Source of the DNA: Balamuthia mandrillaris
Lineage: Eukaryota
Assembly: GCA_031835245.2 (NCBI GenBank)
Contig: JAVKOQ020000004.1
Coordinates: forward strand, 310,001-374,000
DNA: 64,000 bases
Direction of reading: 5' to 3'
The notes beneath the pieces were generated by a model that was not told the DNA's origin, did not search any database, and worked only from the letters and a program-made list of their open reading frames with translations. A program made the position numbers and the translations under genes. Below are positions 32,038 through 44,095 of the stretch, one piece after another. Every line of letters begins with the position of its first letter. The stretch's first letter is position 1.

Positions 32038-34382
32038 CATTGTCTAGACCAAGGTATAACTCTATTTTCTTGTGTTTTTAGAATTGTTTCTATCAACCTC
32101 CTCAAGAGGTTGTGTCTTCTTGCAGAGCTCATTGGATCTACGTGCTGCAAGCCTACTTGGGTCTTCAATACTCTCTTCTCGTCTCTACAACAAACCCTAC
32201 GGAGGGTACCGCTTTGGTCGTTCTTGCCCGTAACTCATCATATACAAAGGTTACCAATCTTAAGGTATTTCTCTCCTCTTTCCTTCAAAGCGTCTGTGGC
32301 TGTTCTCTGTTCTCTCCTCTGTTCGTTTCTTTATTTCTTTTGGTATAAGTTTTCACCAAAAATAATAAGGTTCAAAACGTGGAAGAGAGACGTGCTCCCA
32401 AAGACTTCTTCGGAATCAGCAACACTGCCTCTGCCCCCACACAAGGAGAAAAGAAAACCGTGAAAGATCGTATTTCACCATTTGTCAACAAGTTTGCCAA
32501 AAGGCTGGAGAGCTCTTTTGCCACTCAGGCTGCCAACTTCTCATTGGGCACTCCTGAAGCGGCTCCGGATTCTCCCGTTTCCAGGAGTACTGAAGGACGA
32601 ACCATTGGCGATTGTAAGTTCTTCCTTGCCATCGCTGTCTAATTGTTTCACTGAACGCGTGTGTGCTCTCATTGTAGGTATATCATTCTTTTTCAATGGA
32701 ACCTCGTTTTGTTTCATCAACTCCAAGCGAGGCACGGCGCCCAAGTTACCGGCTGCCATAAAGATGGACCTTTTCTCCGACTTTGATCATGTCTTTTGGA
32801 TGGGTTGTGACATCAACAGCAGCAATAACAACAACAGCAAGTCCAGCAGCTGGACCGAGTTGGTCGCTCAGCCGCCACAAGGCTCTATTCTTTGGCGCTC
32901 TCTGCCCGATTGTACGTTTGCCTTCTCCGTTTCTTTCACTATATTAATAAGTTGTGGGTTGGTTTGCTTACAAGGCATTTTAAAACAAATCTTATCTCCA
33001 ACAGGTAACTTAACAAAGTTACAGCCACTAACGCACTCCAATGTTGTCATAGACCAACAACAAAACCCATTCCAGGCACAAACAACACCCTCTTCCGCTT
33101 CGTCATCTTCTGAGAAACATTATCCTCTCTCTGCTTCCTTTTCGGTGACGACGAGACACATTTGTGGACAGTTGGACCATAACTTAGGCCTCAGTTTGGT
33201 GTTCTACGACTTGAAAGGGCACAACTTTGCCGCCTCTGATATTGGCAAAGGCGAGTATTGCATCCTATTTGAGGCTCCATTCTTCGAAGAAGGCTTCCGT
33301 ACTTCTTTCCAAAATGTACTTCTCCCTCCTCCTCCTCGTTGGTCAACCGCTTTTTAATTATTTTGTGTTGTTCTTTTAAAAAGGTATCTTCGCTCTCATG
33401 GCAAGATAACGTGGAGCTTCCGATCCTGTTCCCACAACAAGGCTATATACGGAGACACAGTGTGCGCTTGACGGTGGTGGACCGGGGCTCCCTCTCCTCC
33501 GATGGCACTACCATTGGGGTGTGCATTGTGTCCTTGAGAAAGTTGTCCCTCCTGTCGCAGCAGTCCTTTGAGTTTAGGGAGGCTGTGGTGTACAACGACC
33601 AGACTTGCGGTTGGATCAGTGGTACTATTTGTGCCACTAAACGTGATGTTTCTGCGGTTCGTTTCAAATATTTCCTCTTATTATCATTTTTTCGGGACGG
33701 TTTTGTGGCTGTTTTCTCATCACGAATTCTCGTCGTGAATGTTTAGCAAAAAGGCAACTTGCACAGATCATCGGCGTCATCACCTTCCTCCTCCTACGAC
33801 AGTCAACAACACAACGCTAGGTTCAGGCCCTATTCCATGCAACTGCCACCAGTTACCACCACCACTGGGGGTAGCGCTAGCGGTTCGCCGTCCGCCACCT
33901 CTCCAAGAAAGCACCCTGCTGCTGCGAGGGCACAATCCCTCCCTCATTTCCACGCTTCAAACATATCTCTCCTCGATAGCCCATCGCCAGATTTTATGAC
34001 CAATCCTTCCTCTTCCTCTTCCTCTTTTGCTTCTCCTTCCTCTCCTTTTCCTTTGTCTTCCTCCTCTGGCTATCCTTCTTCTTATCAACCCCAGTTCCAG
34101 CACCAGGACTACGGTGTACCTCCTTCAAGCTATTTTGCTTCCTCTCAACCATCATCATCACAATTCTATAGCAGTGGTAGTACTATACCACCGCCATCAT
34201 CATCTTCTCCTTACACATCATCCTCATCATCTTCTCCTTATTTTGGCGGCAGTGCCCCATCGTCGCCCTTCTCGTCCCAACAGCAACAGCCAACACTGCA
34301 ACCGGTTCCATACTCTCCTCAACCCCCTCCGCTGGCCTTTACGCTGCCGCCCTCCTTCTCTCAGCAGTTTCCGCAACAATAA
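28448..34382 (+). CDS. SAC-domain phosphoinositide phosphatase with degenerate inositol 5-phosphatase domain, C2-like region and Ser/Pro-rich tail (synaptojanin-like), many exons
   Basis: [38 protein letters not shown], catalytic [22 protein letters not shown]; then [29 protein letters not shown]. Confidence 0.9.
29376..29440 (+). repeat. (TTATTC)n microsatellite in a SAC-gene intron
   Basis: Visible directly. Confidence 0.9.
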
Positions 34383-34494
34383 CAACGACAACATTGATGT
34401 GATGCGTGTGCGCCAACAAGGACACACAAACGAAGAGAGGAGCCCGTGAAAGAAAGGGAATATGCAAGTAAAAGATGAAGAGTATTTTGCTTTG

Positions 34495-35319
34495 TTAATG
34501 GTATCCATTACGAGGTTCAGAAAGACAAAAAAAAAAGACTTTGCTCAACCACTCCCCTACCCTTGGCACATGGACCCAGTCGTAGCCCAACTGGCATTTC
34601 GGTACAACATCGGGGTTGTTCTTGCGTCGTCGAGGCATGATGCAGCTCCACGCTCTGCGGAGATGTCCTCCGTGGGTGTGTCCGGCCAACATGAGGTCGG
34701 CGCCCCACTGGTTGAGATGCAACGAGCTGTCGGGGTTGTGCGTAAGAACCAACCGCGTCTTGCGGTACACTCCCCGTTCCTCCTCGGCTGACTCCGACTC
34801 GGCGCCATCGTCCTGGTTGTCGTCCTCCTTTCCCGTTGTCGAGGGGCCGGACAGAGGACACATGATCGCCTCCGGATGGTAGTCCTTCCAGAAGTCTCCG
34901 ACGCCCATCACTTCGAGCCACTCGTTGATCGGCTCCGCCCGCTGGTTGACGAGAGTGCGTATGCCCACGCTCTGGAAGGCTTCCAGCACCAGGCGCTGAG
35001 AATGAGCCCTCTGATAGTCGTGGTTGCCCAGGATGGCCACTGTCCCATACGTGGAGGTGAGTTTGGAAAGCCATCGGTCCGCCAGCACAGTCACCGCTTC
35101 GGGCCAGAGATCCACGTAGTCTCCCGTCAGCACGACCAGGTCGACTGCCTCACGCTCAACAGCCTCCACGGCCGCCTGCAATACGGCGTCAGAGGCACCC
35201 TTCAGGAAGAGTCGTTGGTCGTTGAAATGGATGTCGGTGAGCTGCGCTATCTTCAGCCCATGCAGCGAGGGGTGCAAGTGGAGCACCCCCACCTCAAAGC
35301 TGCGTACTTGTAAGGTCAT
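34495..35319 (-). CDS. Calcineurin-like metallophosphoesterase, YkuE/TMPPE-like; intronless, C-terminus possibly truncated
   Basis: All five MPP motifs: QLTDIH, LTGDYVD, LGNHDY, LTHNPD, LAGHTHGG. Confidence 0.85.
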   Translation of the reverse strand: MTLQVRSFEVGVLHLHPSLHGLKIAQLTDIHFNDQRLFLKGASDAVLQAAVEAVEREAVDLVVLTGDYVDLWPEAVTVLADRWLSKLTSTYGTVAILGNHDYQRAHSQRLVLEAFQSVGIRTLVNQRAEPINEWLEVMGVGDFWKDYHPEAIMCPLSGPSTTGKEDDNQDDGAESESAEEERGVYRKTRLVLTHNPDSSLHLNQWGADLMLAGHTHGGHLRRAWSCIMPRRRKNNPDVVPKCQLGYDWVHVPRVGEWLSKVFFFCLSEPRNGYH

Positions 35320-35561
35320 CTATAGCTTACAGATGCTGTCGTTAGTTCCCACTCTGTGCACAGAGGTTGGGTTTCGTTTTTTACATGCTCCTGCGATGGA
35401 CGCGTCGCCGTTGCTTGCTTTGGGTGCAGTGAAAAGTTTCGGTGCACCTCGGAGTTACCTATGCAGACGTGGCAACACAGCGTCATCGGTTGCCTCTCTG
35501 CCACCAAAGAAGAAAACAGCATCATCGGTTGCCTCCATTACTTGCTTTGCCAATATGGGGC

Positions 35562-35848
35562 AGCTCTCTCCTCTCCCCTTGTCTCCTCTCCCCTCTCTCC
35601 TCTCTCCTCTCCCCCTGTCTCCTCTCTGCTCTCTGCTCTCTCCTCTCTCCTCTCCCCCTGTCTCCTCTCTGCTCTCTGCTCTCTCCTCTCTCCTCTCTCC
35701 TCTCTGCTCTCCCCTCTCTCCTCTCTCATGTCCTCTCTCCTATCCTCTCTCCTCTCTCCTCTCTCATGTCCTCTCTCCTATCCTCTCTCCTGTCTTCTCT
35801 CTCATGTCCTCTCTCCTATCCTCTCTCCTCTCTGCTCTCTCCTCTCCT
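35562..35848. repeat. Degenerate C/T-rich low-complexity tract
   Basis: CTCT/CTCC/CTGT/CTGC units; intergenic between the phosphoesterase and CLASRP. Confidence 0.9.
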
Positions 35849-36094
35849 GCCAGGAATATCTATTAGGTTGTACGAAAATTTTATCGAGCTCGTAGGTGAT
35901 AGAGCCAAGAAGAAAAAAAAGCGAGCAAAGGGGAACGGAGAGGGGGGTAGATCGATTGACTGATTGAGTGAAACAATGTGGAAAGCATGCCGCGTTCAAG
36001 GTTGGGTTTTTTTTTTGGTAGTGCGCGTGTGTAATGAATGAATGATTAAATTTTCAAAAAAAAAAAACAAACAGAGAAACGCATAGAGGGCATC

Positions 36095-37954
36095 ATGTCC
36101 GACCACAGGAAAAGGGCTGAACGCAAAGCTGCCTACTTTGCCAACAAGGTATGCTCTCTTCTCTGCTCTCTTTTTTCGTCCTCTTGCTTCATGCGTACCT
36201 GATCTAACATAATGTTCCTCAGTTTGCCGATCCTGCCAAATCTCTCAAGATTGTGGGCGGTGCTGGTAAGAGCAGGCAAACCCAACTGCGACAACACAGA
36301 TGCTGATTGTTGTTCCTCTCTCTCTCTCTCTCTCTCTCTCACGCAGCCAGTACTCAGGTTGACACGCTTCAGTTCCGCATGTTAGAACGAGGAGATAACC
36401 TGTGGGTTTGCACATTGGCCTTTGCTCTTTCTCTGTTCTTTTCCTCGTTGTGCTTGTTTTTGTTGTTCTCCTGTTCTTGTTCTGCTCGTTCTCGTTCTCG
36501 TTCTTGTTCTTCTTGTTCTTCTTCTTCTTCTTCTTTGGTGCTTTTATCTGCCAAAGGGATTGTGCTGAAGCTTTTATCCTTTCGCATTTGCGTTATTGCA
36601 TCTAATAGGATGCCCTGGAACGAACGTTCTCAGTTGAAGATAGATAGGTTTGACGTGCGAGCTCTCCTCGATAGAATTCCGCCAAAGCCAACCAAGAAAG
36701 AGCTCGAGCGACTGACCTCAATGGAAGAAGAGGACGAGGAAGAACAAGACGCAAGGGTAACGTTCTGTACCGCCTAGCTATCTCGTACTCTGTTTCCTTG
36801 CTGCTTATTACCTTGATTGTCATCCGCCACAGGACGCATTGAACTACGAACGCTATCACATCATTGTTGAGAACTTAGTCGCTCGTAGTACGCTTTACTT
36901 CTTTGTATCCGTTTCGTACCGTCGTGAACCCGGTTTTTGACTTTTTTTTTTGTATAGAGAGCGAAAGAGAATGCCTATTAGAAGTGAGCATGGAGATGGA
37001 ACAGGAAGACAAGCTCCGTCAAGGCTACCACCAACAGGCTCTTCCTTCCACAAGCACTGAACTGTTTGCTTTTTCTCTCCAGTTTTTGTTCCTTTTGTGG
37101 TTGACAGAGGAAGAGGCATTGTCATCATTGGCATATCTAGGCTAACATTGTGTTATGTATGTGTCTGTTGTTGGGATGTAACTACAATACAGTGCATCAA
37201 CATTCGGCAGCCAAAGCACATCCTCGTCAGCATCTTCTTCGTCTTCCTCATCTTCGGCTAACGAGATGTTTGCCTACGATTACGGTTATGAAGACCGTTC
37301 CAGTTCTGAAGAAGAGGAGGAAGCTGAAGAAGTTGGCGAAGACAAAGAGGAAAGAGAGAAGGAAGGAAGAGGCGTACACGAAGAGGAGTCATTGGAGTCT
37401 GTTAAACCTATTGATGTCAAAGCCATTGGGAAAGCCTTCAACATTTCTAACTATGTTGATATCCATCGCAAGGATCAGTCATCTGCTTCTTCTTGGGATA
37501 ATACAAGAGACGAGGTATAAATCCTTTCCTTTACAACAGAATGTGGTGGGTGTGCTCACGTTCTTTTAAAAAAACAAAAATAAATTACAGCACTCGCACC
37601 CTTTACCTAGACAAGATCGACGTCATTGGAGAAGCAAGGAGCCGCCAAGAAGACGAGGGTATTTCACTAGCTGCTTTCTTCTCCTTACTCTCTGGTCTCA
37701 GATCATACGATAACAAATTGCAACATTCAGCTACGGAAGAAGGCGAAGTCCAAGTTATGCGGACTATGTGCCATCCAGTGGTCCTGACCGAGGCAGCCTC
37801 GATCGTAGGAGTGGTGGCGCTTACGGCAATGAGCAACACAAGACTGGAGAAAAAGAATATATAACGGAAATCGCGGTGGAGCCCGTTCTCAAGTCTTCTC
37901 GCGTGCCAGCCATTCCTTCTGCAGCTGATGATAGGTACACTTGCTCGCTCGCTC

Positions 37955-37995
<41 letters not shown>

Positions 37996-38452
37996 AACTG
38001 GACTGACCTTCTCTGTTCGTTCTTTCTATGCCACTAACAGCCCCAACGTTACACGTGGAGCAAAAGCTGCCTCCACAAAGACTGCCAGCAGCACCGCCAA
38101 ACAAAACACTGGTGCTAGCTCAGAAGACGCTCCATCCAAAAAGGAAACACCTTTGGAGCGCTTGAAGCGAAGAATGCGACAAAAGTTAAATCAGCAGAGT
38201 AAGCTCTTTCTCTCTCTCTCTCTCCTCCCCTTTGTTTTTCCTCGTTGTTGATGGTTTCTTTCATTCGTATCTTTGTTGTAGTTGCGGAAGACAAAGCGGA
38301 AGAAAGAAAGAAGAAGGAAGAGAAGAGAAAACAAAAGAGACTGGAAGATCAACAGGAACAATTCAACGCACTAAAAGTTCAAAGCAGCAAGAAGAGAAGC
38401 AGAAGCAGCCAAGAAAGCGACCGAAGCCGCAGCCCCAAACGAAGTAGAGATC

Positions 38453-38520
<68 letters not shown>

Positions 38521-38649
38521 GATAGAAGCCAACGACGAAGTCGCCGAAGCAGAAGCAGGAGTCGGGGCAGAGATAGAAGCAGGAGTAGGAGCAGAGACAG
38601 AAGCAGAAGACAAAGAAGAGACAGAAGTAGGAGCAGAGACAGAGGATGA
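36095..38649 (+). CDS. CLASRP: CLK4-associating SR-rich splicing factor (CLASRP/SFRS16-like), multi-exon
   Basis: RKRAERK..YF, DPAKSLKIVG, MPW...IDRFDVRALLDRIP, LNYERY, KETPLERLKRRMRQKLNQQ and a C-terminal RS domain. Confidence 0.85.
38454..38520 (+). repeat. Coding (GGAGCA)n repeat encoding the RS tract of CLASRP
   Basis: In frame with the last exon, giving SRSRSR. Confidence 0.9.
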
Positions 38650-38681
38650 AAAAGAGTATCTGTAGAGAGAGATAACAAATT

Positions 38682-40228
38682 TTAAAAAGAGAATAAGCTG
38701 GATACTTTCCGCCATAACCGTTTGCTAAACGTATGATTGGAAAGTTTGGTGTGAACGAGATGAATCAATATATCAACGTCCTCCTCGTCCTCCATCCTGT
38801 TCGTCACTCGGTTGAGCAACTGATTTACCAACGCTGCGGAAGGCATTGATGCTATTGCTGTCTCTGCTATCAAATCGCTCACAAACTCCAACTCGTCGTC
38901 TTTATCGAATCCATTTGGGTAGTATCTGAACAAGAAACAAAAGGTCGGCATCATACTAACAATCGAGCGAGAGAGAGAGAGAGAGAGAGAGAACAAACTT
39001 TCGAGTGTAATGAATGAAGGCGTTGACGAGGCAGGATACCACGGTGGCATAGTCCTCAAAAGTCCAGTTGAGATGCACAAAGGGGCCGATGGCATAGGCG
39101 CACACTTCAGCGGCAAACTTGGTGTCAAAGACTAATCGGTTCCTGGCAGGGCTGGCAGCATTGGCCTCCGCGAGGGTGGTCGGAGGATAGGGAGGAGCAA
39201 ACGTGCTTCTGCCCCATCCGCCTTTCTTCTCGGGATTAGTGAGCAACTCCACGAGGAGGTCCATGTAGAACTCCAGGTCTCTGGTTTTGGCGCGGTGAGG
39301 AGCGATCTTGGAGATGAGTATGCCCAGCTCGCGCCCGTCCCATCGCTCTCCTTCCTTAGAATGCAGCGAGTTGTGTTTGACCCTGAGCTCCTGAAGGAAC
39401 AGCAGGACGGACTCTAGAGGCCACGTCGCTATGATACCTTTTACCAACTCCCCAAAGTTCTTCATACGTTCCTCTCGTTGACGAAGCATCGCCGCCTTGT
39501 CCTCCTGTTGCTTTTGGTCTTGACCGTTCAGAGCGAGTGTTAATCCTCCAGCATCTTGTTCTTTCTTTTCCTTTTCGGCGGCACTCTCCTTTTGTGTTTG
39601 GGGTTGCTGTTGATAGGGAAGATGGTGTTCAGGATCGTAAGGAGGTAACAAAGAGGCCATGTGAGCCGCCAGTGAGGAAAGCCCTTGTATGTCCGATTTG
39701 CTGTGGCCAGGAAATAGCAGTGTTACGACCTTGCCAGTGTCGACGTAGCCCAGCGTCGGTGCTGCCACTGCGAAAAAGTAATGTGGTGGCTGACAGAGAA
39801 GTAGACCGTACATCAGCATAACCTTCTACGAGCTTGAAAGAAGGTAGAAAGCAAGGATAGCCAGAAGAAGAAGAAGAAGAAGAAGAAGAAGAAGAAGAAG
39901 AAGAAGAAGAAGAAAGAAGATAGAAGATAGAAGATAGAAGATAGAAGAAAACCAAAACAAGAGAACAAGAGAGAATAGCGAGGAGGTGAGGAGGGGTTTA
40001 AACCTTATCGAGTGTACTGCAGAACTGGTGCAATCGAGTGCTCAAGCTTTGTACGTCCTGTTCGTAGCTCTTCAGCAGCTCGACCAACTGCTTCATTTTC
40101 ATTTCATAACGACGAGCAACCGCCTCGCTAACGGCGTCAGTGCTGCCGCTACTACTACTTTTACTGCTGCGGGTTTTAGTAGCAGTAGCGGTAGCAGTGG
40201 CCTTGGTGGCAGCGGTCGCGGTTGACAT
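38682..40228 (-). CDS. Hypothetical helical protein, at least 3 exons; start uncertain (40228, or an upstream exon near 40630)
   Basis: Non-repetitive ORFs 39998-40228, 38956-39819 and 38682-38925 are joinable by GT-AG introns; no family recognised. Confidence 0.6.
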
Positions 40229-40897
40229 GAGTCTGAAGAACCGAAAAACGGAGGGGTGTGCAGCGGAGGAGCTGGGTTGTGTACCTCCTGCAGACCAACA
40301 AGAAGAACAAGAAGAGGAAGGAGAGGGAAGAGAAAGAGATGAAGAGGCAGAAGGGAAGGGCACTCTTGCAGGGGAGAAAAGGTTGCCACGAATAGACAAG
40401 GAAGAGCGAGATTGTAGCTGTGCGCTACCAGAAGAAGAAAAATTGTTGTGATGCGGAGCGCGTAACCGACGACCTGCACCTCCTACAAGTCTTGTGGTGG
40501 TGGCGCGGGTGCCCTCCCAGCAGAGCGGGCTGCGACCGCATACCATGTGGCGGTGCGGCCGAAAGAGAGCGTTGCCGCCGCGGGCGCCAGCACGGTAGTA
40601 GCACTGCTGACAGGAGGAAGATCTCCCCATTCACTCCGTCCGTCGTAGGCCTCCTCCCCCCCGCTTTTGCTTCTTTTGCTTTTCGGCTCTTTTCTTTTTT
40701 TGTTTGCACAAGCAAAAAAATAATTTCTGTTTTGGTCGATTATTGTTAGAACAAAAACAAAACTTCGACAGGTTCGAATATTTTGCGATAGTGTGGGCTC
40801 CCGCCAAAAAAGCAGCAACACGGAACGGAAGGGAAGGGACGGGTAGGGTAGGAACGGAAGGGGGAGCTGGCGGGCGGGCGGGGCGGGCGGAGACAAA

Positions 40898-41766
40898 ATG
40901 GAAGGCGGCGGCGGCGGCGGGCAAAAGAAAGGCTGGCGGTGGTGCATCAGGAGGAGGAGGACGGGTCGCGTGGCCATGGCAGGCATTGCCCTTGCCCTAG
41001 CTGCGACGACGCCTACCACCCTACGCAACGTCATGACGTACTCTCGCCTCCAAAGAGAGGTGAGCAGCTTCCAGCAGCCGCAGGGCCGCCCCGAGCCACA
41101 GATGATGAGAACAACGGGGGCGCTGAGGGACTTGTCGCTGGCCCAGATCAACCAGCTGCGACAGGCGGACATGCTACGCGATTCGTTTGGGGAGAAGAGT
41201 GCCAGGATCAATCCCACGCTGCCCTTTGCGGTGCGTGGCACGCCTACAGGCTTCTACTTTGCGCGTTTATTGTGTTGGAGCAAGAATTCTTCTGCCTCCA
41301 CCACACCGCCTGACAATAGCTCTGCTTTTTTTCGAAACCGTTTCTACTTCGCGGTATGTCAGTGTCCTCTCTTTTCTCCTTGGGACTGCCTTCCCCCCAC
41401 CTGTCCCTGTTTTGACTTTGAACAAAAAAGTGGTGGGACTTTGACTACCGGTTAGAGTTCAGCTACCAAGTGCTTGGTCCTGTACGTCGCTTCTTCTTCA
41501 CACTCCCCTTGTTTTGCCTAACCACCATACCGTTAACACACAACAAGGACCCAAAAGGTAGAATAGATGCCTCAGAGCACATACCACTAGCCACAGTGTC
41601 CGTTGTCGCTGAGCGCGCTTCTTTGGAGACGGCTGTTGGTGGAGATGGTGGCAGAGGAGCAAGAGGAGGGTTTCGGTTGGCCTCAAGCCTGGTGGTGGAT
41701 AGCAACGGCAACAAAGTGAGACTGGTTCCTGCTCATGCTCACCATCCTTCCGGTACCGAAGAATAG
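40898..41766 (+). CDS. Small putative membrane protein, possibly Coa1/Tim21-like, 4 exons
   Basis: Splicing gives a basic N-terminus, hydrophobic VAMAGIALALAA, then LRDSFGE, EFSYQVLGP|DPKG, ATVSVVAER, LVVDSNGNKVRLV; the gene is likely but the family call is weak. Confidence 0.4.
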
Positions 41767-41857
41767 CGAGGCTTCAGTTGGGCCAAAACAAGAACTTGTA
41801 CAGCAAACGTGATCATTCGTGTCACGTGAGGATAGATACGCGCAACAAATACGTTTA

Positions 41858-43650
41858 TTACAAAAAGGAGGAAGAAGAGGGGCTGCTGTTGGTGGAGGTG
41901 AGAGTGGGGGAGGCAGCAGATACGGTGGAAGAGGCATCGTTGTTGTTGGGAATGTCTACAAAGGCCTTCAGAATGTCACTGAGGGATACGATGCCAACCA
42001 CCCGGCCCGTGCTATCCACACATATCAGCCGGTGCACTTTAGTCTCTAACAGCCGATTCAATACCTCTGATAGCGTGTCTGAGCGCTTGCACGTCATTAT
42101 TGCCAGACGATGCTTTGCCTTGCGAGCAACGACCTCCTCCACGGGCTTGCCCAAATCTTCGTAGGTGCGGTGCTTGGCTATGCTGAGCACATCGCTGTTG
42201 GAGTAAACATTCGTGGCCACTCCTTTAAACCAAAAATTAGAGAGAGAGAGAGAGAGAGAGGAGAGACAGGAGAGGGAGGGGAGAGAGAGAGAGAGGCAAA
42301 TGAAGACAAACCATGTTCATCTACAATGGGTACAGCAGAGATCTGCCTCTCGGCCAGCAGGTCGAGCACCACTATTAAAGGCGTGTCCTTTAATACAGTT
42401 ACAACATGTTCAAACGTGCCAATGCCCAGCTCTCCGATGGTCAAGTTAAGCATCGGAGAGGAGGCATTTGCCTGCAAACTCCGAACAAGGAAGTTGTTGA
42501 TTTTACTGTAGAGAAAAATTAGGCCAAGTGAAAACAGAGGGTAAGGCACCATTTGGTATATACTCTCTCTCTCTCTCTTTCTCTTGATAGGGAGAAAATG
42601 ATACCGGTGAGTTACTATGTAAAGGATGGAGTTACTATCTTGCTTATCTATAACCGGCAAACGATGAATGCTGTGTTTGAGGAGCGTGCAAGCTGCATCA
42701 TACAGAGAGTTTTCTGGGTGAACTCCTATCAACCCTGACGGCCGTGGCACCTCTCCTGCCGTAATATCTGCATTTGTCATTCACCCAAGGGACTATCAGC
42801 ATTAGATCATGGCGGTTGCGCATAGCTCGAAGAGAAGCAGAGGAGAAGACACAAGGGATAAGACAAGAAAGAGAAAAGAAGAGAGCAAACCCCGCCAAGT
42901 ACGGATCTCGTGTTCCTCCAGTTCTTGGGCGAGGTCTTTGTCGGTGGGAGCACGGTAAAAGTGTCGCAATATGTTCATAAAGTCTGTAACTGTAATCATA
43001 CCGACATAGTCTTGCACCTCCGAGTCCCACAGTGGAGCTGACTTCACACCTTCCAAGGTTGAATGCAGAGAGAAATAGAGAAGAAGCAAGAGGCAAGAAG
43101 AAGATCAACGATAAAGACCACAATGGCAACAGCAGTAGCAACAACATAAGACAGCAACGAGAAGAAGAGAGCAAACAAAGAACAAGTAGTAAGAGGCAAA
43201 AAAAAAACCATTCTCTATGAGGGCAATGAAGGCAGCTTTGACAGGAAGGGCGGTGTCTAAGACCACTATTTTCCCACTGACAGGAATGAGGTCGTAGGCC
43301 TTGTACGACTTAAGCAGGTCGGAGAGGAACTGCTTCTCTGAGGCCAATATGGAGGGGGCTGTTGTTGGAGGAGAAGAAGAGGAAAGAGGCGGCGTTGTTA
43401 TTGTAGAAGAGGAGGAAGACGAAGCAGAAGACAAGGAGTGGTTGTTGTTGTTGTAAGAGAATGGAACCTCCTCCTCCGCTTCTGTCAAGCGAGACGTCGA
43501 AGGGGAGGAGGGGGTTGGTTGTGACGCGTTGGAAGGAGGAGAATGCAGTAGCTCGTGCAGCGACGGCTGCGATGAGAGCTCTTCCTCTGCTTCCTCGGGT
43601 ACTTCCATGGGCTCTTCCTCCTCCTCCTCGTCCTCTCCGTAATACCACAT
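41858..43650 (-). CDS. PRKAG: AMP-activated protein kinase gamma subunit (SNF4-like, four CBS repeats), multi-exon
   Basis: YDLIPVSGKIVVLDTALPVKAAF, APLWDS..YVGMITVTDF, IHRLPVID, ISAVPIVD, VHRLICVD...GIVSLSDIL; exact start uncertain. Confidence 0.92.
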
Positions 43651-43914
43651 AGGCCGAGAGAAGGAAAAAAAAAGGATCACTGCCACCACCTCGGTGTGCG
43701 ATGTGGCCCTTAACCAAACTTGTTCTTTTTGGGATGGTCGAACTCACCACCACCACTAAGCAAAAATAAATTCAAACGGGAGTAGTGGAGCTCTCAATCA
43801 ATCAAATCAATGCCGGCCACCACCACCCACCAGCAGTGCTCACCGCCAACAACGCCGCACGCTGGTAGCTTGCTACTTGCTTGCTACTTTTTTTTTTTTG
43901 TGTTTTGGGTTTGC

Positions 43915-43960
43915 TGTCGACAAACAAGAATTTGTGTGCAGGTATCAATTTTTGTCGACA
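43915..43960. promoter_or_regulatory. Two TGTCGACA elements in AMPK-gamma/methyltransferase divergent promoter
   Basis: TGTCGACA at 43915-43922 and 43953-43960. Confidence 0.55.
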
Positions 43961-44095
43961 TAGGGAAAGCGCAAAGGGAGAGCAACAATGGAGGCAGTAA
44001 GGCGGCGCCAAGATCAAGCCGATCCATGGGACAACGAAAATAAAGCAAAATTTGAGCCTGGGAAGAAAAGTTCCCAAATTACCGTAGGTGGGTTA

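Noticed and set aside
35477..35535. CRISPR-like repeat
   Set aside because: Only two copies, a 19-nt spacer, no cas genes and a eukaryotic context.
37064..37192. Possible poison cassette exon (37108-37156) in CLASRP
   Set aside because: Flanking introns would be 44 and 36 nt, shorter than the others seen here; a single 129-nt intron keeps the frame.
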